DNA of 64,000 bases from the IMG/VR virus record IMGVR_UViG_3300023174_006137, positions 32,001 to 96,000 of that record; one strand, given 5' to 3'. The DNA comes from a virus. The notes under the pieces were generated by a model, which was not told the DNA's origin, ran no database searches, and saw nothing but the letters and a program-made list of their open reading frames with translations. The position numbers and the translations under genes were made by a program. Of this stretch, positions 52,631 to 61,197 are shown one piece after another. How positions within the stretch are numbered: position 1 is the stretch's first letter; every line of letters starts with the position of its first letter.

Positions 52631-53006
52631 ATAGTTGTGAATGTAATTCTTTTTTTAATTGCTCATCTGTTTTGCTAGGATATTTTTCCTTTAATGCTTT
52701 ATATAAAATATTTTCTTCTTCACGCAATTTATCTATTTTATCATTTATAGGCTTTACCAAATTAGAGATTTTTTTCTCTTCTAAATCTATTTCTTCTAAT
52801 TTTTTTATTAAATTTTGTGACATTTCAGTTAAATCCGATTTACTTGTAATTTTTACAGATGTTAAACCTTCTAATTCTTTAACCGTATCTTTTAAATATT
52901 TTGATAAATTTTCTAAATCAATTTTATATACCTCTAATTTTTTATTTAGAGATAAAAATTCAGATCTTATATTTCTGGCACTTTCTATAAATTGTTTATC
53001 AATCAT
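52629..53006 (-). CDS. Coiled-coil hypothetical protein
   Basis: 125 aa with heptad pattern; coupled to the upstream gene. Confidence 0.7.
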   Translation of the reverse strand: MIDKQFIESARNIRSEFLSLNKKLEVYKIDLENLSKYLKDTVKELEGLTSVKITSKSDLTEMSQNLIKKLEEIDLEEKKISNLVKPINDKIDKLREEENILYKALKEKYPSKTDEQLKKELHSQL

Positions 53007-53956
53007 ATTGTTTCAGTATTTTTATCTTCAGTATTTTCTGTTTCAGGTTTTTGTTTCTTTTCTTCTTTCTTTTCCTCTTTGGAATTTTTATTTATTTTTT
53101 TATCTAACATACTTCTTAATTCGTCAGCAATTTTTGTTTTTATTGCATTAGGATTGGAAAGAATTTGTTCCGTAAATTCTTGTGCTAAATAATCAATAAT
53201 TGAAGTTTCATATGAATCTTCCATCATTTCAATGAAATCTATACGAGGAATTTTATTATCAATATCAACGCTTATTTTAAAATTAGTCGTTCTTTTTGCT
53301 TTTTGAAACATAGATATTATTGGATCAACATAATTGGCAGATGGTTGATTGTATTTATTTTCCATTACTGGATCAACTTGTCTTATTTGTGGTTGATAAT
53401 CATAATTATCTCTTGGTTGAATCACTGGTTGTGTCTGTTGCACTTGTGGTTGATAATTCATTTCTTCGGAAATCATTTTGCCTAATTTTGGATCATTTAA
53501 TAATCTATTCATTTGCGCATTTGCTTCTTCAATTGCATTACTTGAAACAGAAGTAGATGTGGAATTAATACCATATTTTCGTTCAAGTTCCCTTCTTTCC
53601 ATTTCTGGATCTTCCGGAATAACAGCAAAAGAATTATTAGAAGGATAAAAATTATCTCTTTGCGATGAAAAATCATCAGTTGGCAATTTATCTAATAAAT
53701 CAGTAGAAATAGATCTTATTTGTTCTAAAATAGGATTTCTTTGATTATTAAAAGCATTTGGATCAATTCTATCCATTTGATTGAAATTATTTACATTTGA
53801 TTGTTGTATTGGTAATTCAACAAAATATTTTTTATCTAATAAATATTTTGTTTCAACTCTGGTATTATCTTCAAATGTCGTCACACCTTCATGTATATCT
53901 TTAACTGTGCAAATTTTACCAGATTTATTTTTAAATCTTTTCCCAATTAGATTCAT
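53003..53956 (-). CDS. Hypothetical protein with Gln/Pro-rich linker
   Basis: 317 aa ORF. Confidence 0.75.
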   Translation of the reverse strand: MNLIGKRFKNKSGKICTVKDIHEGVTTFEDNTRVETKYLLDKKYFVELPIQQSNVNNFNQMDRIDPNAFNNQRNPILEQIRSISTDLLDKLPTDDFSSQRDNFYPSNNSFAVIPEDPEMERRELERKYGINSTSTSVSSNAIEEANAQMNRLLNDPKLGKMISEEMNYQPQVQQTQPVIQPRDNYDYQPQIRQVDPVMENKYNQPSANYVDPIISMFQKAKRTTNFKISVDIDNKIPRIDFIEMMEDSYETSIIDYLAQEFTEQILSNPNAIKTKIADELRSMLDKKINKNSKEEKKEEKKQKPETENTEDKNTETI

Positions 53957-54009
53957 ATATAATTATTAGAATTTAAATTATATATAACAAAATGACCTAT
54001 TTGTTGTTT

Positions 54010-54468
54010 TTATTCTGTTAAATCATCTATTATATAATATATAAAATCATTTAATTCATTTTCAAGACCCAAACAAAATTCCCAAATATCGTAAGTTGTA
54101 TTATTCCATTTTTTTTCAAAATTCAATTCATATAAACCATCTCTAACTTCAATTTCACCTTCTAAAATACCTTCAATTTTTTGACCATTTTCAAATTCAA
54201 TTGATGGTACATACATAGTTCCTTTATAAATTTGATAATCACCAAAATCTTCCATATCAATAAATTTAAAACTAAATAAATTATTTGACGAAATATATTC
54301 CTTTGTACCCATTTCTCTTTCGATTTTACTCATTTCTTTTTCTTTATCTTCTGCATGAGCTTTTAACCAATTTTTTTCCAATTCTGTCAAAGAATTATAA
54401 CCAGAATCATTTATTTTATCTAATAAGCTATCGAGGTAATTATTTTCAAATGTTTTCAAATATTTCAT
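54010..54468 (-). CDS. Acidic protein with capsid-targeting-like N-terminus and DUF6576-like helix
   Basis: MKYLKTFE start; LDSLLDKINDSGYNSLTELEKNWL. Confidence 0.75.
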   Translation of the reverse strand: MKYLKTFENNYLDSLLDKINDSGYNSLTELEKNWLKAHAEDKEKEMSKIEREMGTKEYISSNNLFSFKFIDMEDFGDYQIYKGTMYVPSIEFENGQKIEGILEGEIEVRDGLYELNFEKKWNNTTYDIWEFCLGLENELNDFIYYIIDDLTE

Positions 54469-55196
54469 AATATTATATATTCTAAATTATTTCTTTTAAT
54501 ATCTCTATTAATTTTTGAGCAAAGCGGTTGTAAATTTGAATAATGATTTAATCTTAAAATATCTTCTTCGGTTTTAGCTGTATCTAAAGGTATAATATGA
54601 TCAATGTCTCATCCATAGTTAAATTCACCATTATATAACCCCTTATTTTTCCAATTCATCCAAATTTCAAATTTATTTTCCAAGTATAATTTGAAATCTT
54701 CATATGAACAACCTAAAATTTCATATGTTCTTGATTTTTTTGAAAATCCCTTATTTTTAAAACAAGAATAAATTATGTTTGTAATAGAACACTTTAATTT
54801 AAAAACAGGATCATTTATTTTTCTTAAAGAGGTTAATTTATTTCTCCTATTTTTATAAGTTTTTGCATATTCTTTTTTATATGTTTTTATAATTTCTTTA
54901 TTATCGTGTGCATATTTTTTTTGATAAGCAATTTTTTCCTCTGAATTATTTTCATAATAAATTTTACTTTTATTCTTTATATACTCTTTATTATTTTCAT
55001 AATAAATCGAACTTTTTTCTTTTATAGAATCCAAATTTTTTACATGATAATCCTTTTTATATTCTCTTATTTTATCTTTATTAGAGTTAGCAAATTCTTT
55101 TTGATATTCTATTTTACAAGATTTACATTTGGCATTTCCTTTATAGAACTCTTTAATATCTTTTTCTATTCCGCATTTATTACATAATTTAGTCAT
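54465..55196 (-). pseudogene. HNH homing endonuclease interrupted by an in-frame TGA
   Basis: CNKC...CKSC Zn finger; reading continues NYG*DIDHIIPL...LNHYSNLQPLCSKINRDIK to a stop at 54465; TGA at 54609-54611. Confidence 0.8.
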
Positions 55197-55206
55197 ATAA
55201 TGTATA

Positions 55207-55247
55207 TTAAAAATCCACAAAGAAGTTTTTTCTTTGTGGATTTTTAA
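55207..55247 (-). terminator. 18-bp stem terminator after ssb
   Basis: TTAAAAATCCACAAAGAA-gtttt-TTCTTTGTGGATTTTTAA. Confidence 0.7.
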
Positions 55248-55264
55248 AAATTGTTTTTTGAAGA

Positions 55265-56239
55265 CTAGAAATCTGCGAAGAAATCTTCTGAATCGTCTAC
55301 AACAGTAGCTTTAGGTGCCGGTGATGTTGGTTCTTCAAAATCAAAATCATTTGCTGCAACCGTATTTGCTTTTGCGAAAGAATTAGAAGCTTTACCTGTT
55401 AAGAAATTAGAAATTTCTGTAATTTTAGATTGTTGTTCTTCTGTTAAACGCTTTGGTGAAAAGTCTTCCAAATTATGTTCTCTATTCATTAAAAATTCTT
55501 TTACTGTATTTCTAAATTTAGGATCGATATTACCTTCATTTAAAGGAACATTTTTGAATTTACCAGTTTCAGGGTTGAATAATGGTAATGAAGATGGATT
55601 TGGTTTAAATGCTGAAGAATTATATTCAGGGAAAATTTCTCCATTTGGTCCGCTTACTTCTTTAACTATTAAAGTTAAATCTTTACCTGCGTTCAAATCA
55701 AATACATTACAACTTTCGCCAGTAATATCACCATTTAATTCTGCTTTAATTTTTTCAGAAATTTGTTTTCCATATTGGAAAATCATGATTTTGCCAACTA
55801 ATTCTGGTTGTTGTTCATCTTCAATTACTAAACAATAAGAATAATACTTTTTTGAATACTTCAAACACTTTGCTTTTTCAATAAGCACTGCATTTTTAGA
55901 ATTAACCATTTGATAATAAAGGTCTGTTAAAGGACATTTTTCGCCAGGGAAATTTTTTGCGCTATCAAACCAACCTGATAAATCTTTGTTGTTTTTGATA
56001 TCAACATAATGTGTAATTTTTTCAATTGCTGATTGACCTACACTGCCTTCTTTTGTTAAGTTAGGAAGTAATCTAATTACTGATCTCCAACCTTTCTTTT
56101 TGTCTTTTACTTTTTCAAGGTCTATGCGATAAATACCATCGCTGTTTTTTTCTGCTTTCTCATTAAGAAAGTCAACTTTGTTGTTAATGCCGCCTGCATT
56201 AAATAATGAATCCAATTCGTGTGATGCTTGTGATGCCAT
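55265..56239 (-). CDS. Single-stranded DNA-binding protein (T4 gp32-like)
   Basis: SVIRLLP, KCP, Y.Y.LVI.D...PE..GKI.IF.YG..I..KI, VFD...G.D..L.V, YN.S.F; acidic tail DDSEDFFADF. Confidence 0.85.
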   Translation of the reverse strand: MASQASHELDSLFNAGGINNKVDFLNEKAEKNSDGIYRIDLEKVKDKKKGWRSVIRLLPNLTKEGSVGQSAIEKITHYVDIKNNKDLSGWFDSAKNFPGEKCPLTDLYYQMVNSKNAVLIEKAKCLKYSKKYYSYCLVIEDEQQPELVGKIMIFQYGKQISEKIKAELNGDITGESCNVFDLNAGKDLTLIVKEVSGPNGEIFPEYNSSAFKPNPSSLPLFNPETGKFKNVPLNEGNIDPKFRNTVKEFLMNREHNLEDFSPKRLTEEQQSKITEISNFLTGKASNSFAKANTVAANDFDFEEPTSPAPKATVVDDSEDFFADF

Positions 56240-56291
56240 TTTTTGCCGTTTATTTTTTATTATCAAACATTTTTGTTTGCTTGATTAAGTA

Positions 56292-56318
56292 TTATATGTG
56301 AAAAATTTGTTAAAGTTT
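56292..56318 (-). promoter_or_regulatory. Candidate phage promoter AAAC-N17-ATATAA
   Basis: Upstream of ssb. Confidence 0.4.
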
Positions 56319-56349
56319 AATTTTTAGAAAAAAATTATTTATTCCTTCA

Positions 56350-56390
56350 AAAAAGAAAAAAGCGGATTAATTATCCGCTTTTTTCTTTTT
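56350..56390 (-). terminator. Intrinsic terminator
   Basis: AAAAAGAAAAAAGCGGAT-taatt-ATCCGCTTTTTTCTTTTT. Confidence 0.65.
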
Positions 56391-56735
56391 CTTATTTTTA
56401 TGATGTAAATGTTTTGGTTCATGTGGATAACCATTTTTAGGTTTTACACCAATATATTCTCGAGGTGTTTTTTCTTGATTTTTAAGTGGATTTTTACTAT
56501 CAAAATCAGCATGAAACACTTTATCTGTATCTTTTTCAAAATCTTCATAAGATTCTATTCCAGTATCTATTGGATTTTGAACATAATGTATATTGGCACT
56601 TTTTTTACTCATATCAGCAATTCTGTCACCAATATCAATTCCTTTTGTTAATTTTCTCAATTTTTTTAACTGATCCACCGAACTTTTTCTTGGTAAAGAT
56701 TCAGTAATAAATTCTTCATAATTATAAATTTTCAT
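56367..56735 (-). CDS. Basic protein with capsid-targeting-like N-terminus (candidate internal head protein)
   Basis: MKIYNYEEFITE start; His/Lys-rich tail. Confidence 0.7.
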   Translation of the reverse strand: MKIYNYEEFITESLPRKSSVDQLKKLRKLTKGIDIGDRIADMSKKSANIHYVQNPIDTGIESYEDFEKDTDKVFHADFDSKNPLKNQEKTPREYIGVKPKNGYPHEPKHLHHKNKKKKKADN

Positions 56736-56920
56736 ATAATTTCTTTTTGTTTTATTGAATTACAGACGTTTTACGCTACTTTTGAAGCAAATGCTTAGAG
56801 AGTTATTAGATTAGTAATTCAAGCTAAATTCAAGCAAATTAAACATAATTACAAACGATTTCAAAAGTAATTTCAAAGCTGTCAAGAATATATATTATTT
56901 TTATAAATCAATTTAAAAGC

Positions 56921-56960
56921 AAATAAAAAAAACCACTCAATTGAGTGGTTTTTTTTATTT
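56921..56960. terminator. Perfect 40-bp palindrome, terminator after clpC
   Basis: AAATAAAAAAAACCACTCAA|TTGAGTGGTTTTTTTTATTT. Confidence 0.75.
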
Positions 56961-59157
56961 ATTCTTCAGATTTTTTCTTTCTGGTTTTCTTTGGCTTTTC
57001 AACTTCAATTTCCATTTCAGAGCCATTTAATTGTGTATCTTCAGCTTTTACTTCTGATTCTGGTTTTGGTTCTGGATTTATTGCTGATATACCAGTTATT
57101 TCATTATCAGAATCATAAGTTAAATCTAATTGGGTTCCTTCAATTGGACTATTCTCCAAAATATAATCTGTTAAATAATCATCTACCCATCTTTGAATTG
57201 CTCTTTTCATCGGACGTGCACCATATTGAGGGTCATAACCAACAACCGAAAGATGTTCTTTCAATTTTTCGTCAATAGTTATTTTATAACCAATTTCGCC
57301 TGCTCTTTTTACACTTTTTACTAATTCAAGATCAATAATAGAATAAATATCTTCTTTACTTAAATCTTTAAAGTAGATAATATCATCAATACGGTTGATA
57401 AATTCTGGTGGAAATTTCTTTTTAAGTTCTTTCTCTAATTTATCTTTGATATTATCAGATTTTTTAGCTTCTTTAGCTTTTGTTGAAAATCCAACACCTG
57501 TTCCAAATTCTTTAACTTCTTTTGTTCCAACATTGGATGTCATTAGAATTACCGTGTTTTTGAAACTTACTTTTCTACCGTGTGAATCAGTCATATAACC
57601 GTCATCAAAAACTTGTAAGAAAAGATTATAAATATCTGGATGTGCTTTTTCTATTTCATCTAAAAGAATTACAGAATATGGTTTAGTTCTAACTTTATTT
57701 AGAAGTTCTGAACCTTCATCATAACCAACATAACCAGGAGCGGCACCACTAATACGAGAAGCAGCAATTTTTTCCATATATTCACTCATATCTAATCTAA
57801 TTAAAGAATCTTCTGAATCAAACATATATTTTGCTAACTGCTTAGCCATTTCTGTTTTACCAACACCAGAATTACCAATTAACATACCAACAAAAATAGG
57901 TTTATTTGGGTCGGCAAGTCCGATTCGGCTACGTTGAATTGAACGAACTACTTTATTTACTGCATCGTCTTGACCAATAACTTTTCCCTTAAGTTCAGGT
58001 GACATCTTTGACAACTTAGAATTTTCGTTTGTAGTTATTTTTTGTAATGGAATGCCTGTCATCATAGACACAACTTGTGCTACATTTTCTTCTGTAACCA
58101 TTTGTCTATGTTTTTTCTGCTCATTTTCCCAACTAATTCTTGCTTTTTCTAAAGCATCATTCAATTGTCTTTCTTTATCACGAAGTTTAGCTGCATCTTC
58201 ATATCGTTGACTTTTAACAACCGATTGTTTTTCTTCTTTAACTTTCGCAATTTCATTCTCTACATCAATAATTTCTTTTGGAACATTAATATTAGAAATA
58301 TGAACATGAGAACCAGCTTCATCTAAAGCATCAATTGCTTTATCGGGAAGAAATCTATCTTGGACATAACGAGCCGTTAGTGTAACACATGCTTTTAATG
58401 CTTCTGGGGTAAATCTAACCGAATGGTGATTCTCATAATTTTCTTTAATATTATTAAGAATTTGTAAAGTTTCTTCTTCGGTTGCAGGTTCAACTAGAAC
58501 TTTTTGAAATCTTCTTTCTAAAGCACCATCTTTTTCAATATGCTTACGATATTCATCCAAAGTTGTAGCACCTATAATTTGCAATTCACCTCTTGATAAA
58601 GCTGGTTTGAACATATTTGAAGCGTCCAAAGAACCTGAAGCTCCACCTGCACCTATCATTGTATGTATTTCATCAATAAATAGAATGATATTAGGTTCTT
58701 TCTCCAATTCAGCCATAAGTGCTTTAATTCTTTCTTCAAATTGTCCACGATATTTTGTACCAGCAACCATAGAAGCTAAATCAAGTGTTACGATTCTTTT
58801 ATTAAAAAGAACACGACTAACTTTCCTTTGAATAATTCGTAATGCTAAACCTTCGGCAATAGAAGATTTACCAACACCTGGTTCGCCAATTAAAATTGGA
58901 TTATTTTTCTTTCTTCTAGATAGAATTTGAGATACACGCAAAATTTCTTTTTCACGACCTACAATTGGGTCGATCTTTCCTTCTTCAGCCATTTTAGTAA
59001 GGTCTTTACTAAAAGAGTCTAAAACAGGTGTTTTTGATGTTTTGTCACCCTTTTTGTTTGGTCTTGAAAATTTACTATCTTCGTCATCATCATAGTCATC
59101 CAAAGCAGCCACAATTTTCACCTCTTTAATCGATTCAATGTTGTGTTTTTTATTCAT
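56959..59157 (-). CDS. clpC: ClpC-type AAA+ unfoldase lacking the N-terminal Clp-repeat domain
   Basis: GEPGVGKS/FIDEIH, DKAIDALDEAG, UVR M-domain YEDAAKLRD, GNSGVGKT/LLDEIEKAH, VGF ClpP loop, YGARP. Confidence 0.93.
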   Translation of the reverse strand: MNKKHNIESIKEVKIVAALDDYDDDEDSKFSRPNKKGDKTSKTPVLDSFSKDLTKMAEEGKIDPIVGREKEILRVSQILSRRKKNNPILIGEPGVGKSSIAEGLALRIIQRKVSRVLFNKRIVTLDLASMVAGTKYRGQFEERIKALMAELEKEPNIILFIDEIHTMIGAGGASGSLDASNMFKPALSRGELQIIGATTLDEYRKHIEKDGALERRFQKVLVEPATEEETLQILNNIKENYENHHSVRFTPEALKACVTLTARYVQDRFLPDKAIDALDEAGSHVHISNINVPKEIIDVENEIAKVKEEKQSVVKSQRYEDAAKLRDKERQLNDALEKARISWENEQKKHRQMVTEENVAQVVSMMTGIPLQKITTNENSKLSKMSPELKGKVIGQDDAVNKVVRSIQRSRIGLADPNKPIFVGMLIGNSGVGKTEMAKQLAKYMFDSEDSLIRLDMSEYMEKIAASRISGAAPGYVGYDEGSELLNKVRTKPYSVILLDEIEKAHPDIYNLFLQVFDDGYMTDSHGRKVSFKNTVILMTSNVGTKEVKEFGTGVGFSTKAKEAKKSDNIKDKLEKELKKKFPPEFINRIDDIIYFKDLSKEDIYSIIDLELVKSVKRAGEIGYKITIDEKLKEHLSVVGYDPQYGARPMKRAIQRWVDDYLTDYILENSPIEGTQLDLTYDSDNEITGISAINPEPKPESEVKAEDTQLNGSEMEIEVEKPKKTRKKKSEE

Positions 59158-59169
59158 ATGTATTATTGT

Positions 59170-59694
59170 TTAAAATTTTAAAAAGTTTGCTAAATTACGA
59201 TTTGATAATTCTTTAATATCCGTAATTTCTAAAATAATTTCTTTTTGTATAAATTCAGGTATTTCTATGTTATATGTTATATCTGGTATTTCAATTTCAG
59301 CTATAATTAAACTAAAATTAAAAACATCAATTTCCCATTTTATATTTTTAAAATCATTATCTCCGAAATCTGCATTAGTTCTGGTGTGGTAAATATATCG
59401 TGTTTTATCTAAAAATTTAGCTTCATACATTCCAGAATGTATATTATTCATTAGTAACTTATATTCATCAAAAGAAAAATCTTTTTCTTCTTCATATGTT
59501 ATACCATCGCTATAAGTTTTAATTGTATGTAAATAAGTTATTCCAAATATTGAAGATTCTATTTTTCTAATTCTATTCCAAATTCCATCTACTAAATAAT
59601 AGTATTGTTGTATATGCTGCACTTCTGGCATATCTTCAACGGTATTAATAGGAAGATTCTTTAATAAAAATCGTTTTTCAATCTCTTTTTTCAT
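59170..59694 (-). CDS. CYTH domain (triphosphate tunnel) protein
   Basis: EIEKRFLL, RIRK, KTRY, WEIDVF and AEIE motifs. Confidence 0.85.
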   Translation of the reverse strand: MKKEIEKRFLLKNLPINTVEDMPEVQHIQQYYYLVDGIWNRIRKIESSIFGITYLHTIKTYSDGITYEEEKDFSFDEYKLLMNNIHSGMYEAKFLDKTRYIYHTRTNADFGDNDFKNIKWEIDVFNFSLIIAEIEIPDITYNIEIPEFIQKEIILEITDIKELSNRNLANFLKF

Positions 59695-59699
59695 ATTTA

Positions 59700-59730
59700 C
59701 AAATATACAACTAATTTTTGAAATAACAAA
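59700..59730 (-). promoter_or_regulatory. Bacteroidota-type promoter TTTG-N19-TATATTTG (likely leaderless transcript)
   Basis: -7 box ends 5 nt before ATG 59694. Confidence 0.7.
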
Positions 59731-59773
59731 ATTAAATATTAAATATTTAAAAAAAAAAATTATATTAAAAAAA

Positions 59774-59797
59774 AAGACTTACTTTTCAGTAAGTCTT
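59774..59797 (-). terminator. Intrinsic terminator after HU
   Basis: AAGACTTACT-4nt-AGTAAGTCTT followed by a long T-tract on the minus strand. Confidence 0.75.
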
Positions 59798-59822
59798 AAA
59801 AGATTTTTACAAATGAAAATGA

Positions 59823-60113
59823 TTAAGCATTTTCAGTTTCACCATTTACAGATGCTTGTAAAGAACTACCTGGTTTAAATTTAGCTACTTTTTTAGCTGG
59901 GATAAGAATTTCAGCACCATTTTTAGGATTACGTCCTTTTCTTTCAGCTCTTTGTGCAGTTTGGAATGTACCAAAACCTACTAAAGTTACTTTATCACCT
60001 GCGTTTAAAGCTTCTTTTACTGCTTCTACTACTGCATCAATAACTTCTGATGTCTTTGTTTTTGTTAAATCCACTTTTGTGGAAACTACGTTGATTAAAT
60101 CTGCTTTGTTCAT
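59823..60113 (-). CDS. hup: HU family DNA-binding protein
   Basis: MNKADLI...LVGFGTF...RAERKGRNPKNG.EI.IPAK.V.KFKPG. Confidence 0.95.
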   Translation of the reverse strand: MNKADLINVVSTKVDLTKTKTSEVIDAVVEAVKEALNAGDKVTLVGFGTFQTAQRAERKGRNPKNGAEILIPAKKVAKFKPGSSLQASVNGETENA

Positions 60114-60133
60114 ACGATTTATTTTTTTTTAAT

Positions 60134-60159
60134 TTATATTCAACTAAATTGAAAGGTTT
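60134..60159 (-). promoter_or_regulatory. Candidate phage promoter AAAC-N16-ATATAA
   Basis: Upstream of HU. Confidence 0.4.
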
Positions 60160-60309
60160 TAAATTTTTTAATTTTTTTTCTGTTTAATTCTTTGTCTTTA
60201 AACCACTTTCGTATTTATTTGATACATATTGTAATCGATTTTGTTATAAAAGTTTAAATTTTTGTAAAAAATTTTATGAAAATTCATGATTAAAAAGGTT
60301 TTTAGCTAT

Positions 60310-60660
60310 AAGCCGCTATTGATGCTAATTTAGACAATAGCGGCTTTTAACACATAACTCGTGGCGAAATAAGGATTTATACTTAAATTCGCCATTCACG
60401 CCTTCCTGGTCAAAGCATTAGATTTTATATGTTTTTTCCTCTCTTCAAAAAACATCGTCTGTCTTACCAGACAAAAAATATCACAAGGAGCTGAACTGTC
60501 GACTAAAATTGTTCATCCCATACCAATTAACCTTGTGGGAGCCGTAACTAAGCTAATAACGGCATCATAGCTTGATGTTTCCAGGACATCTAGATTGCAG
60601 AACTTGTTCTTTAATAACCTTTAAGTTAAGAAACTACGACTTCTACAATCGTTTCAATTT
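60310..60660 (-). ncRNA. Candidate large structured ncRNA (~350 nt, multiple helices and pseudoknots), class unknown
   Basis: No ORF of 60 aa or more; locally GC-enriched; own TTTG-N19-TACATTTG promoter; about 10 complementary segment pairs; 12-bp 3' hairpin. Confidence 0.7.
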
Positions 60661-60665
60661 CGTTA

Positions 60666-60696
60666 CAAATGTATGAAAGTTTTGTTAAAAAACAAA
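60666..60696 (-). promoter_or_regulatory. Bacteroidota-type promoter TTTG-N19-TACATTTG driving the candidate ncRNA
   Basis: Full consensus with no CDS for ~550 nt downstream; overlaps the hairpin after folA. Confidence 0.7.
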
Positions 60697-60702
60697 ACTT
60701 TT

Positions 60703-61173
60703 TCATAATTTTTTAAATGTTATATACGAATAATCAAATTCAGGACATGATAAATCAACTTTATTTTCAATATTAAAGTATTCATCAGGTATTTCCGGAA
60801 AATATGCGTCACCTTCAAAATCTTTATCAATTAAAGTTAATTCAATTGCATCAGCATATCCAAGAGTTTGCTTATAAATTTCTGCACCACCTATTACAAA
60901 TAAATCGGTTGTGCGATATATTTCAAGTGCTTCTTCTAAAGAATTATAAACAAAACAACCTTCTTGATGAAAGTTTCTATCTCTGGTTATAATTATATTT
61001 CGTCTATTTGGAAGTGGTTTTCCAATTGATTCAAAAGTTTTTCTACCCATCAAAACATTATGTCCAGATGTTAATTCTTTAAATCTTTTTAAGTCGCCTG
61101 GTACATGCCAGATTAGTTGATTGTCTTTTCCAATAACACGATTATTGGAACAAGCTGCTATTAATGTTATCAT
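60703..61173 (-). CDS. folA: Dihydrofolate reductase
   Basis: IAA...VIG..NQL.W..P.DL..FK..T, MGRKTFESI..PLP.R.N, VIGGAEIY and GDAYFP motifs. Confidence 0.96.
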   Translation of the reverse strand: MITLIAACSNNRVIGKDNQLIWHVPGDLKRFKELTSGHNVLMGRKTFESIGKPLPNRRNIIITRDRNFHQEGCFVYNSLEEALEIYRTTDLFVIGGAEIYKQTLGYADAIELTLIDKDFEGDAYFPEIPDEYFNIENKVDLSCPEFDYSYITFKKL

Positions 61174-61197
61174 ATTGGTAAATTAACTTTATTTTTA

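Noticed and set aside
60310-60660. tmRNA, RNase P RNA, SRP RNA or group I/II intron identity for the structured region
   Set aside because: No tRNA-like ends or T-loop/CCA; no GGAAAGUCC, and the CGGCUUAU lies in a local hairpin; no complete SRP domain IV; no interrupted host gene; the GAGCCG...ACGG resemblance to domain V is partial and on the strand opposite the promoter
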